Assembly (NCBI RefSeq): GCF_964194155.1
Contig: NC_135879.1
Span: 96,224,001 to 96,288,000, forward strand
DNA: 64,000 nt
Source: Cetorhinus maximus
Taxonomy: Eukaryota
Direction of reading: 5' to 3'
The notes under the pieces are model-generated. The model was not told the DNA's origin. It was given only the letters and a program-made list of their open reading frames with translations, and ran no database searches. The translations under genes and the position numbers were made by a program. Below, in pieces: positions 49,761-62,775 of the stretch (position 1 is the stretch's first letter; each line of letters begins with the position of its first letter).

Positions 49761-51034
49761 TGCCTGCATTCTGCATTCCTCCTTGTACCTCTGGACAGAT
49801 AGATTAGAGACATGATTGCACCTTACCCTGGAATGCTCTCCCTTCATCGCCAAGCCAAGAAGCCAGTGTAAAACCCTTCGGCTGGCCTCATTCCAGACAT
49901 GGCATCCCCAGGTCACCACTTGCAGCAGAGGAACATTCTGAATGTTCACAGGTGGCTGAGCAAACCCCTCCAACATGACTGCGCACTCACAAAGACGCTT
50001 TGATCAATGTCAATACAGCCATGTGCTCTTACCCTCAGTTAGCCTGCTATCAGCCTGCCTCCTTTGACCTAGACACTAGTCCAGCCTTACACTAATTTAA
50101 TGACTGTTAGCATTGTACCCTGTAAACCATGACCATAACGCGGAGGCTTGTCTTGAACATGTTGCTTATGTTTGATCCTTCTTCCCTTTTTATATTTCTC
50201 TGTGACGGAGATGTGGACAATCAGACCACATCAAATGTTGCTCCAAGCCTTAATGGATTCTTGTAAGAATGTGATCCATGAGTTAAGATGTCAAATTCCT
50301 TCAATTGGCATTTGTCACATGTTAACGGTTCTTAGCCGATCCTTGATCTCCATATCTTCAGCCAACAATTGTTAGGGTGCCCCTGCACTTGGCCCAAAAT
50401 CTCAGTGCTCGACTCCTCACACATGCCCTCAGATCCCTCCCCAGGCAAATTTTTTTCCACTGTTATTTTTAAACTGTGGGGTTCCAGCACTTAGCCAAAA
50501 TAGTGGTGCTTCAATTCCTGTTTGATACCTGCTTTCAAACTCCCCCTCTTACCTTCCAAGTCCCTCCTATCCTCCTCCATCCTCGCACATTCAAATTCCC
50601 CTTCCTCTGATCATTCTCCTGCATCCCCTTGCAACCCTAGATCCAATTGTCGTTGTGGTTGATATTCCTGTCCTCCCCTGAACCCTTTTCTCTTGATGTC
50701 CCAATGCCTCATGTTGACTTGGCCCCTCCCCTTCTCAAGGCCATATGTACTGTGACTTTCAGGGACCCTCTCCGTGACACCATCCAATACCCGCCCCCCC
50801 CATGACTTACCAGGTGCCAATTTGCAGGCTGAGGATGCCTTCCCTGACTGTGACTGTGCCAACTGCCACTCAATGTGAAGCCTCCCATCCCTAGAACCAA
50901 CATCTTTAAACAACTGACCATGCCCTGCATACCATGCTGTGCATGACCAACACGGCACAGACAGGCCCATTAGCTCTGTTTCTGTCTCCACAGAGGCTCC
51001 CAGACAAGCTGAGTATTTCCAGCACTTGCTTTTT

Positions 51035-51790
51035 TAAAATTCATTCATGGGAAGTGGGTGTCAGTGGCTAGGCCAGCATTAATTGCCCACCCCTAATTGC
51101 CCTTGAGAAAGTGGTGCTTAGCTGCCTTCTTGAACCGCTACAGCCCATGTGGTGTAGGTACATCCACAGTGCTGTTAGGGAGGAAGTTCCAGGATTTTGA
51201 CCTAATGACAGTGTAGGAACGGCGATATATTTCCAAGTTAGAATGGTGAGAGGCTTGGAGGGGAACTTCCAGGCCATGGCGTACCCATGTATCTGTTGCC
51301 CTTGTCCTTCCAGATGGTAGTGGTGGTGGGTTTGGAAGGTGCTGTCTAAGGAGCCATGGTGAGTTTCTACAGTCCATCTTGTAGGTGGTGCACACTGCTG
51401 CTATTCTGCATCGGTGGTGGAAGGAGTGAATGTTTGTGTATTGGGTGCCGATCAAACAGGCTGCTTTGTCCTGGATGGTGTTGTGCTTCTTGAGTGTTGT
51501 GAGAGCTGCACTCATCCAGGTAAGTGGGGAGTATTCCATCACACTCCTGACTTGTGCCTTGTAGATGGTGGACAGGCTTTGGGGAATCAGAAGGTGAGTT
51601 AGTCACTGCAGGATTCCTAGCCTCTGACCTGCAGTTGTAGCCATAGTATTTATATGGCTAGTCCAGTTCAGTTTCTGGTCAATGGCAACCCCCAGGATGT
51701 TGATAGTGAGGGATTCAGCGATGGTAATGCCCTTGAATGTCAGGGGGCGATGGTTAGATTCTCTCTTGTTGAAGATGGTCATTGCCAGGT
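51035..51790 (-). mobile_element. LINE family B 3' portion
   Basis: ORF 51138-51542 MEYSPLTWMSA...IQDKA...SWNFLP, plus the 3' tail. Confidence 0.88.
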
Positions 51791-52044
51791 CTGCAGCAAC
51801 GCTGGGAGACAGGATAATGTGTGTGCCAGCTAGCCGGAGAGCAAGATTGCAGATGAGTTCTGCTGCAGGGGACTCAGATCAGGGCTTTGATGGGGGTGGC
51901 ATACAGGGAAAGGCTGGTGCATGTGCAGAGAGAAATACTTGGTGCACTGGCAGCCCTACCAAAGAGCCAGTTGTCACTTTCAAGGAGCATGGCAGAGTTT
52001 GGCTCCAATTTGGCATATGGTTTTGCGCAGAGCTTGGATCCCAG

Positions 52045-53056
52045 TGTTAATGAGTGTGTGTTAATGGTCCTACTACCTTTACCCCCGCACCCCCCCCCAC
52101 CCCACCCCCGACACCAAACCCCCCACCCCCGGCAAGGTAAACCTAATCCATTGAACTTATTGTTAGCTTAAAACTGCAGCTAAAATTTCAGATCATTAAA
52201 GGAATTTAGTCAGTTTTACCAACTATAGACTGGGTCCTGAAATGAAATGTCCTTCCTCCCAGAAGTTTTCAAACTAGCAAAATTACCTCAGGATAGAATA
52301 CACCTAAAGGTATATTATAGCTGAATAAACTCTTAGCACTTAGAATCCTAACTTAGAATTCTGGAATATTATTATCATATGTGGGCTTGTGAGTATATAA
52401 GTATGAGACTACAACTCTTTTATACTTGTTTATGAATATTTATTGTAAAAACCAATTATAGATTACATTATAGTAGAGGATTATATCATAGAATAGATGG
52501 TAATTAAATCTAGTTATAACATGAAAATTCTACTTAAGATAACACAATTTTTTGAATCCACTTTCATAAACAGTTTGGATATCCAAACAAATATTGATGA
52601 AGAAGATTGTACTTACAATCCAGTATATTTTTTAAAAATAATTTTGCATATCTTTGTCTCAACCTCAGGGAATTCCCAAGATGGCTGACTATGCTAAGTT
52701 ATGCTGTCTTTATGAGATAATTCTAGCTGAACTCAAACAAGCTTCCATTGTTTATTGTTCCCTATAAAAACAAGTTTATTAATAAGACTTTATCAAATTT
52801 AGGAGTTTTCTGGGCCGTGTCTGATGTTGACTTGTTTGGAATATGTGGGAGGCTGGCTGGTTGGCTATTCTCCAATAATTAGGCAATCCAATGACTCGCT
52901 ATGAGTTCCCATGGTTTCTATGCCTAGCTTGGACAAGCTTTTTGGCAATGATTCAAATGCTGCGCAAGGTCATTTACTTTTTGCTGCATTTATCCAATTA
53001 ACGCCCAATTCACACCTTAATTTCTTCATTAAATGTGTTCCTTCCTTTACATGACC
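52045..53056. mobile_element. Probable solo LTR splitting a Harbinger Myb-gene remnant
   Basis: About 1 kb AT-rich block, tgttaatg...tttacatgac, between two Myb exon-3-like segments (51790-52044 and 53060-53770). TSD imperfect. Confidence 0.4.
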
Positions 53057-53929
53057 AACTCAGCAACAGTACTTGTGGATCTAGCTGTGATGTAATGTCT
53101 GATGGCCAATGTCTCAGTTTCCATTGAAGCACAGGCACAAGCCAGCCAATTCCTCAATGCTGCAGGGGAAGCCCAGGTGGATGTCATGAGATCTCTGCTT
53201 GTTGCCTTGCAAATCCAGCTTGTTGCAATGGAGACTCAGATGACTGTTATCATGGCTGCATGTACAAAGAGGCTTGCAGGCTCTAAGCACTGTCCAGCAA
53301 GCTGTGCCGCAACACCTTACTAGGTCTGCTGAGGTGCTGCAGCATTGGCTCCATGGTGCATGAACCTGGTGTCAGCCCTCAGGTTGGCAGCATTTGTGCT
53401 CCCCAGAAGAAAAAACCAGTAAAACTTGGAAATGACTGGTACTAGTCAGAACTGGAGTTCCATTTTAAGGTGTACAAGATTGACCAGTCATTTCCCAGAT
53501 TTTACTGGTTTTTCCTATAATTCCACATGTGCCCTTGCTGCTGCTTCTCAGCCAACCTGCCCAGGCTGCTGCCATCCATGCCAAGATGGTAAGTCTGAAG
53601 CCAACTCTTCAAGGCCCAGAGCTGCTTGAGGGTGTCCCGCAAGGCCATCTGCAGTCTCCCCCAATGAAAGTCAACAATCTTTCACCAGATAAGCTGCCAC
53701 TAGGATAGCACTGAATAGGAGCAATAGGATAGGTAATGGCATCCACAAGACGGACAGTAAGGGTAATTAGTTAATTTTTGTATGCACTATTTGAAGTGTT
53801 GTTGGATAAAGTTGTTGTGGAATGGCTCTTATATGGTGTCTCTTATTTCAAGATTTTGGATGAGGGGACACTAGGGTGGTCCATAACAGAGGAGTAGAAA
53901 GGTGGGGAATTGTGGAGCAACAGTGATCA

Positions 53930-54960
53930 GGGGACATGGAGTCTGTTGTGCCACTTTTGGACAGCCCATCCAGAGTGTTGCCTCCTTCCCTTCCTCTCTC
54001 CAGAGGTGATTGCCAAAGGCCTGGTGGCAAAGCCTGTACCCAGGTTGTGTAGATCACAGCAGACATGCTCGGCCGGTTTTGGAGGGCTCATCCTGAGCAG
54101 TCCAGGCAGTGGAAGCATTGTTTGAAAATGTCGAATATCTGTTCCACAAGGTTCCAAGTCACAGTATGGCTCTCACTGTAGCAGCACTGTCCATGTGTGG
54201 GTGGTAGACGGGAGTGATAAGCGATCTGTACAACAAATATCTGAGCAAACACCATGGTAGCTCCAAGGTGTTTTGAGTGGCAGACTGGTGCAGGATAAAA
54301 GCATTGTAGCTGCTACCAGGATAGCAAGCATTCACCAACATAATGGTCTGTGCTTGGTCAAATATCAATTGCGCATTCAGAGAGTTGAAAACTTTGTAGT
54401 TATAGGACCTCCCCCTGTTGAAATGTGGCACCCGCAGAGCCACATGGATGCAATTAATAGCTTCCTGAACCATTGGGAATCTCAGTACCCTGGCAAGGCC
54501 AGGTGTCTGCTCTTCCTGCTTCTCTCTGCTTAAAGGAAGCAGATACTATGAAACTATAATACTATGAAATCCTCCTGCTTCATGGAACAGGTCTTGGTAG
54601 CCCTGCCTCATGCAGCGATGAATGGTGCGCAGCGAGATGTTGATGATGTCACTGGCTCCAGCTTGGATGGATCCTGAGATGTAGAACTTGAGGGCAACAG
54701 TGACCTTGATGACCCCTGCAACATCATACTTGCCCCAACTACAGGTCCAATTGAAGGAGGTGGCACTGTTCAATGACCACCCAATTAATAAAGCATTGCC
54801 ACCTCAGACACTGTACCTGGATAAGGTGGAGACAGAAGTGTTCTTAATGTCCTAACTAGGTACAGCCTTCTGTTGGGAACCTTCTCCTCCTCCCTCTGCA
54901 TGCAGCTTCCCATCTCTGCTGCCTGTGCTCCTTGTACCAGTTGTATCTACAGACTGTATC
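53930..54960 (-). pseudogene. Harbinger DDE transposase remnant (third element)
   Basis: KVTVALKFYISGSIQ, AINCIHVAL, FNSLNAQLI.D, YPGSS, CC.LHN. Confidence 0.8.
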
Positions 54961-54984
54961 TATTGCCCTCATGGCTGAGAGCAT

Positions 54985-55348
54985 GGGGAGGTGGTGGCAT
55001 AGTGGTATTGTCACTGGACTGGTAATCCAGTGATCCAAGGAAATGCACTGAAGACCTTGGTTTGAATCCTGCCACGCAGATGATGATATTTGAATTCAAT
55101 AAAAATTTGGAATTGAATAAAAATCTGGACCATGAAACCATTGTAGATTGCCAGGAAAACACATCTGGTTCACTAATCCCCTTTAGGTAAAGAAACTTGT
55201 TGTCCTTAACTTTTCTGGCATACATGTGATTCTTAAGTGCCCAATGCAATGGCATAGCAAGCCATTCAGTTCAGGGGCAATTGGGGATGAGCAATAAATG
55301 CTGGCCTAACCAATGGTGCCCACATCCCATGAATCAATTTTAAAAAAG
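54985..55348 (+). mobile_element. tRNA-derived SINE with a Meta-like central domain and a LINE family B tail
   Basis: A-box tggcatagtgg, B-box ggtttgaatcc; core catctggttcactaatcccctttagg...tggcatacatgtga; tail gcaataaatgctggcc...aaaaaa. Confidence 0.8.
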
Positions 55349-55674
55349 CTTTGTGCTCAGGAGCCTTTAAAATCCACTCAACCAAAACAACTTTTGAGAA
55401 CTCTTCCAACAACAGAGTACTTCCACTAACTCTACAGGAGCAAAAGAAAGTCAAAAGCACCTCACCTGAAATTTGCATGCATTCAATTATGGGGTGGGGG
55501 GTTGCAGGGGTGCATAGGGGTCACACATGTACTGTGCTTGTTTAATAGAGGGCACAAATAGGAGCTGCAACGTCTAAAATTCAGGGCGCCAATGAACATT
55601 AGACATTAACTGATATCATGTTCTGTCCATTCTGCATGCTACCAGCACATGCACAGCACACCACTGCTATCATC

Positions 55675-56636
55675 TGGCAGGCTGCACTTCCTCGGGACTT
55701 CAAGGTTTGTTTGCCTACTTTGCTTTGGTCAGCACTCACACTCATCTGCGTCAGGCTTCACAGACAGCACCGCATCACTTTTAGGAGGGCTCATGGCAGG
55801 TCTCTACCTACCAGATCAGTCATTTGTGGATGGCTTTTCAATAGCTGCAGGGCTAGGGCTTGCTTGGGGAAGGGGGAGAAGTGGCCTCAGGCAAGGGAAG
55901 AGGCTGCAGGATGAGGGCTGTACTGGGGAAGGAGGGTAACCCAGGGTGTGTGTGGGGGCACATTTTGATCTGTGCAAGTGGCCTCAAGATGGTGAGGGCT
56001 GAGGAGGCAGTCTCCAGAGGAGATGAGACCAGATGGACATGTGAGGGCATGTATGTGAGAATGGGTGGTGATGTCCCTTGAGCTGGCAGTGAGTGAGATG
56101 CAAGTGAATGTGTGATGGGCTTGAGTGTATGAGTTTAGAGTGTTGAGATGGTTGCCTTACCCTGGCGGCACACATGAGATCATTCATCCTCTATCTGCAT
56201 TGGATGGCCAACCTCTTCAGTGCAGCATTGGCACTGATCACCACTGCCATCACCTCCCAAGCCTGGTTGGTCACGCTGCTGCCCATCCTGTGGCCAGAGC
56301 GGGGGTAGTGGACATCGTGACAGGCCTCCACGGTGTCCAAAAGGCACTCCAGTGATGTGTCACTAAACCTTTCTGCCTTTTGTGGACATCTTCCCTGCAG
56401 TAGTTATGGACTGGAAGCACTGAGATGTGTGCACCAGGCTGGACTTTAAATATGGCGCCCAGTGTGATGAAGCAGCGAGGTGATAGCATGGCAGGCGAAT
56501 GAGAGCCCGCCTGCCATCAAAATGGCCGGCTTCCCGGGAATTCATAACTAATGGGGTGGGTTTGGGATGATATGGTGTGAAAACCCGCTATCGCGGTCGC
56601 TACCGCACTTAGTGAAAATCTGGGACGATTCCGTCC
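55675..56636 (-). mobile_element. Second copy of the non-autonomous Harbinger derivative (Myb exon 1)
   Basis: Colinear with 29861-30845; terminus ggacggaatcgtcccag; donor gtaag at ~56160. Confidence 0.8.
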
Positions 56637-56894
56637 TGTATCTCAGAACTGTTTATGCAGAGCTAAAAAAATACCATCTTGAGTTTGCAGAGGGAGCTGT
56701 TGGTCCATTTGTTTTTGTTGTGGGAAGCTGTCTCAGTGAATTTGCACTGTGTGATCCAGTATTTTATTGCTATTCTACCGAACGGTACTTTGTACTGGAT
56801 AGATCAACACAGGCTCTAATATGAAGAAAAAATGATCTTAAAGATTTAGATTTAGATGTAAATCTGTTGAATACCATTTTAACATTCACAATTC

Positions 56895-57300
56895 AATTAG
56901 AGGATTAAAGACTAAACAGGCTGGGGAATCTTTTCCCGAGAAAAGAGAATTTAAAATCATGAAGGGGTTTCTTAGGGTAAACGTAAAAAAGCTGTTTCCA
57001 CTTATGGTGGAATCCAATGTGCAGGATCATAAATATAAGATAATCACTAAGAAATCCAATAGAGAATTCAGGAGAACGTTCCTCAAAGATTGCTGAGAAT
57101 ATGGAACTCATTACCCAGTAGCGTGGTTAGCATAGTGGTGACCAGCATAGAGACTTAAGCGGAAGTAGACAAGTATGTGAGGGAGAAAGGAATAGAAGAA
57201 AATGGTGATAGAGTGAGATGAAAAAGACGCAGGAGGCTCGAATGGAACATAGTCAACAGCAGAGTGCCAAATGGGCTCTCTCCCTGCTGTAAATTCAAGG
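56895..57300 (+). mobile_element. Old CR1 3' end
   Basis: FKIMKG...KKLFPL...HKYKI...WNSLP remnants. Confidence 0.7.
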
Positions 57301-58062
57301 TAAATTGCACTCTTCTTAAGAAGGGCAATATTTTACATTCACTATTGTTTTTCCAATTGAAGTTCAGAATTTTTGTTTAAAACATTGGATCACAAAATTA
57401 GTGACTTAGATTTTACTTCAGATACGACTAATCAGAATCCGGTTAAGGCCAATAGTAAACCAGGCCTGAATTTTACCAGGCCTCTGGAGATGGGCTGCCA
57501 GATGGGAGGCCTTGTAAAATGGCAGCCAAAGGTGTCAAGAGGGGAGCCTGAAGTTTTACCGCTGCCATGGGATATTCTCCATGGCGGGAATGTCAATGGC
57601 GCAGCCATTTGCTAACTGGAAGCAGGTGAACATGTTGGCCAATTGATGGCTACTTCCTGCCCCGCCTGCATTTTACCAGCATTGGGTTGGGCCCCCATCA
57701 CATGGGGAGATTGCAGCTCCCTGGGAAGGGATCTTCATTAATAATCAATCCATGGCCCACGGAGGGTCCACTGGCAGGAATAGCTATCCCATGACTTTGA
57801 TGTTGCTCCTGGAGGGTATGAGCCCCTTATTGCCAGGGCCTGCCTGCCTGGCTCCAACACAATAAAAGAATTTTACCTGGCCTTCGAGCCATCTCTAGAT
57901 GGAGATGGCTTCTTCCTCTCCCTGCAGCCTGAGCAATGGTCACCTCTGATGTTGGTGCTGCTGAGGCTGCTGAGTCTGCTGATTGGTCTGGCTGCTATCC
58001 TGAAATGGACAGCGTTACAGCGACGGCCTTTTAATTGGCTGATGCCAGTTAAGTTTCACCTG

Positions 58063-58687
58063 GGGCAATATTTTCTCCCCTGTCGGGGGGGGATGTACGG
58101 GAGCAGGCGCAGGCGGGCCGCCATTTTACGTGGGTGGGCCAATTAAGGCGTGACATCTGCCAGGAAGCGCTACGCGCTCCCTGTGCGGGGGGTGGGGGGT
58201 AAGAGCGCACAGATCTCCCTGAGGTAAAGTGCTGCCTCAAGGAGATCAGTTCCGATTTAAAACTTTCAATAAAGGTGATTAAAAAATTTCCCTGCCATGT
58301 CCCCTCATTGGACACTGTCACAAGAATTGGGACATGTCCATAACTTTTATTTAAACATTTGATAAAAATTTAAATACCCTCTTGAAACCTCATCCCGCCC
58401 GTGAATGAGGTTTCATGTTTTTTCCAAAGCCCGCCTGGGCTCCTGGCCTGCCCGCCAACCTTAAGCTTGGACAGGCAGGTCCATCAATCATGTTAATTAG
58501 TTTTTTAATGTCCTTAATAGGCCGTTCAGTTTGGCGGCCGCGCGGCCAAATCGGCTGCACGCCTGCCGAACTGAAAATCTAAATGACACGGGGTGACATT
58601 GGGACGCGCGCCCGATATATTCCCGTGTCATTTTACAGGTTGGCGAGCAGGCCCCGCCCCCACTTGCCAACAGGAAAAAGCTAACCC
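58063..58687. mobile_element. Harbinger-type MITE nested in an older MITE-like tract (~57462-58790)
   Basis: Degenerate TIRs; ctgg on both flanks; aaacctcatc...atgaggttt palindrome; homologous to 18055-18650. Confidence 0.7.
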
Positions 58688-59266
58688 TGGGGTCCTGCTG
58701 CCTGTCCCCAAACACTACCGCCCCTCCCCCCTACCCTACTCATGAGCTCGGTACCCACTTTTGGTCCTGGTGGCAGGAGAAACCTAGATTTGGTAAGATT
58801 CTGGTTCATGTGTTAGTTTCTCTTTCAAAATAACAGGATAAAAGACATATTTCCACTTTTCAAAGTGCAGATTACCGAAACATATTAAATGAAACCTAAA
58901 TGGCCCAATGCCATCTTATGAAATCGCTCCTGTGGAGTTGTGTTTTCCTTTAGTGTGAAAACTATGGGGTCAATTCAAGTGTATTGCTTTTGGATCAACA
59001 TGGGGTAGGAATCAGATTACATTTGATGCAATTTAAAAACTATATAACACGTGTCATTTAAGAAAAAAATGCATCGTAAAACTAGTTTTCTACCGTTAGT
59101 TAATCATTTTTTCAACTCAACTTTCTTCCTTTTCTCATGAAAATGATGACTCATGACAAGGGAAGGCCTTGCCTTGACTGGAAAAGCTCTTAAGTGTTGT
59201 TTTTTCATAGTTATCGACTGTTGCGAAATCTAATTTGTAAGATAACCAGGTGAGTTTCGACAAAAA

Positions 59267-59404
59267 GGCCAAGATTTTCCGGTCCTGACTGCTGTGGGGC
59301 CTGAAATTCCTGCCCAAAGTCAACGGATCTTTGGCTGCTCCATCAAATTTTTCTGTCCCGCCCGCGATAATTCCAGCCGCAGGTAGGACCAGAAAATCCC
59401 AGCC
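59267..59404. mobile_element. Small Harbinger-type MITE
   Basis: ggccaagattttccggtcc / ggaccagaaaatcccagcc; TSD aaa. Confidence 0.7.
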
Positions 59405-60494
59405 AAAGTGTTAGGAGAAATTTTAGTTTTTTTTGACCGAGCAATAAAAGTTAAAATTATCCTCATAAGATTGTCTGGTGCCCAACCAGATTTACCAACC
59501 TGTAATTGCTTTTTGGTGGTGTCACTGCCGTCAGAGGCCATGGAGCACCCAACAAGTAGGGCCCCACCCCCAGAACCTGCTGGAAGGCCGCCAGTGTTTG
59601 CCTGGCAGTTTATGCCCCATTTCACTTTCATGGGCTTAAATTGAAGGTTGACCTTTGAGTGATTAGCTCCTTGAGATTGCTAGTGTTTTTGCTCGCGTTC
59701 CAGGTTGGCAAGAATGTTTTCTGACTCCTTCAAGAATTGTCTCTATTCTATAACAAAATCACTGAGTAAACAACCATCTTATGATATAGAAGTTTCTATG
59801 ACTGCTTGACATTCTTTACAAATAGTGATGTTGATAACAGAACCTATTGCTTCTCAGAATAAAGCCCAACTGTGAAGGTGCAGCAGCTAATGTCTTATTG
59901 CAGGAGCTGAAAGCAACAGCATTGCAGTTTAACCACAGTGCTTAATAATCCTGTAAATGTTTTTGGAATGCTCAGGTAACTTTTGAATAATGCATGTGGG
60001 CAATTTCTAAGCAAATATGAGTTTCTTTCCCACAGTCTTGCTGAGTGACATTGTCCTGTAAATTATGGACTCCTTTTATCTCACACATTAGAAACTGGAT
60101 TGAGACTGGCCCATTTTATTCCAGTGAATTTTTAGCAACAGATTGGAGACTTCCAGTTTATCTCAACTAGATTGGAAACAGTTGTTGCAAGAGCAACACC
60201 AAACCCATTTCACCATGCAATGCTCTAAAAGCCACAATGATGTGTATGATATTGAATATAATGAAAAGCTCTCTTGGTGGCCCAATGTACCAATAAACCC
60301 AATTCCACCCCCCACCCCAGGGAGTCCTAAGGTTTGATTCCTAAGGCCAGTTTTTCATGATCCTATTTGGCACTAAACGGGCAGGAAAATAAAATGGTGG
60401 CTGGGGTGCAGAACCAAAGTCCTGTGTCCATTCCTGGCACTGGCCATTTTCACCAGTGTGAGTAAGGGAACGGGTTAAGAATCCCACACACTAT

Positions 60495-60609
60495 GGGCAG
60501 GATTTTCAGGCCCCACCCCCATTGGGATTGTCCAGGCCCACCAAAAGTCAATGAACTTTTGGATGGGCTGCCGAATCTCCCGCCATGACCGGGCCGGAAA
60601 ATTCCGGTC
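60495..60609. mobile_element. Small Harbinger-type MITE
   Basis: gggcaggattttcaggccc / gggccggaaaattccggtc; flanks tat/tac. Confidence 0.7.
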
Positions 60610-61519
60610 TACAATGTAGAAATTGCTGACACCATTCGAGAAGTGGGCATTTTGGAACTTCTGTAATTTTGGCAGCTGTGCTTTGAACATCTTCCTCAAT
60701 TACACCTGCAGAGTGGAGACGTGAACCATAAATACAGGAGGCAGGTAGGGAATAAAAGGTGAATAAAAATGGAATTGCCTCTGTTACAGTTCATCATGAA
60801 ATGCTGTGACCTAAATCTGTTTACTAAAGCGAGTGATGACAGTGATGTGATTGGGATATGTAAGTGACCGTTAAATAATGTGGTTGCCAAGTTGTTAATT
60901 CTGACAACTGATAAGCTGTTGAATGAAAGAACAACATTGTAAAAGTGAAAAAGACTTCAGATGCATTAGAATGAATTATCCACTGGACAAGGTGTTATTC
61001 TACATTGTACAATATTGGAGGGCTAGCCCAGTGTGAGATCCAGAGCTAATTGTTTAAACTTTCATTATTGCTTTAATTTGTTCTTTGCAGAACAGCTCAG
61101 CCTTCCATTTGGCTGTTTTTAAGCTTGGATTGATTTATGCACTTTTGGCTGCCTTCCAAAGCACTAATGGATTCTGTGCTGCAGAGTTTGTTTACTCACC
61201 TGTCCCATGGAATTTGATGACTTTGACAGATTTATGAGCTTTTGCTGAGAGTAATGGTTTTTAACGTGACTATAGAGGTGATGTATATTTTAATAAATTT
61301 ATGAGCATTTCAATGACTTCCAAATAATATTATAGGGCTTGTGAGTTCTGTTTATAAAGTAGATACTGGCTGACTAGGTTAGGAAGGGTGAGCAGGGATA
61401 GGTAATTAGCCGTAGTCCATGAGGGACCACAGACAACTCTCTCCACTAAAGAGACAATTGGTTACAAAGAACACAGCAAGCATGGAGCAAGGCAAGGAGG
61501 TAGGCCTCCATGAATACCA

Positions 61520-61598
61520 CAGTCAGTACAGAGATTGAACCCATGCTGTTGGCATTATTCTGCACCACACACTAGCCACCCAGCCAACTGAGCTAATC
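61520..61598 (-). mobile_element. tRNA-derived SINE head
   Basis: Minus strand tagctcagttgg (A box) and gggttcaatct (B box). Confidence 0.55.
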
Positions 61599-61642
61599 AA
61601 AGGCTTGACGCTGAGGCGTGCTTTACACTCATCTGAAAAACT

Positions 61643-61839
61643 GGGCTGATTTTTCTGGAAATGGGGGCCAGCCTTTTAACCTGGCTGCTTCAGCATCAGC
61701 CTGCCTCCTTCCCCATCTCAGTCCTGCCCTCCAGGAGATGAAAATCTCACCTGCAACACTGTCGGGATGGAGGCTGGATTGTGATGTCAGGATTAATCCC
61801 AACTCCTACTACCTCCCTCCAAAGGGAAAATTCCAGCCC
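61643..61839. mobile_element. Small Harbinger-type MITE
   Basis: gggctgattttt / aaaattccagccc. Confidence 0.55.
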
Positions 61840-62775
61840 TAGTCTAAGTTGCATTAGTTATCTCAATCATGGCAGCAATTGGGATGCAACCATTGGCCAC
61901 TGAACTATAGGCTAGGGAGGAGAAATCAGCCAAGGTTTCTACTCTTAATTAGTATCCAGTAATGCCTGCCAGAAGAATGCTTGCATCAATATCAAGTGAG
62001 GACAGAATCGGACTTCACGTGATGCTCCCACTATCAAGTTGTGTGGTGAAACCCACTGTTGAGTTTCGTGCATGAATTATGGCTGCAGAGGTGTTATTCA
62101 CAAGGTTTACTGGTACCCATTGGACTGTAAACAGGGGATGAAATTAACAAAAGATTGTATCAGAAAAATGTACAAAAAGCTGGAATATTTCTTTCAGCAG
62201 GCCATTCTTTGAAGATTTATTTAAAATTTGCTGGCTTTAATTTTAGAAATGTTACTAAACCCTCAAATTATACAAACAGAATCTCCATTGCATATTATTA
62301 CAAAGTTTACAGACAGTTTTCAATTTGTGCTGAAATGTGATTAATACAATTACATGAAATTCAAAGCAATGAATAATTAGGTTTCATCATTGTGTTTATC
62401 CCTAAGGGAAGTTTAACCCTCTCCCTTAGTCACCACCTGACTAATCAATGCCTTGTTGTAAAAACAAGTGCAATCATGTTTACTGCTGTCATACAATTAT
62501 TAAAGCAGTTAGTTTAACCACTCACCTAATGGCTCAACTGTAAAACCGTGACCCAGAATGAAACCAAGACATATATATCATGAAAGTAACAAATTTGATT
62601 CACAGTCTATGTAGAGCTGGTTAAACTTAGCTGGGACTATAGTAAGGGTCTACAATTGGCCCAGAGAGGGGAATAATTAACCAGGGTTCCACTATGCAAT
62701 GTCCATCAAACATACGGCTGTGGAGTGAAAATGAAATCAGGCTTGGCTATGTCCTAAATAGCCTGTTGACACTCA

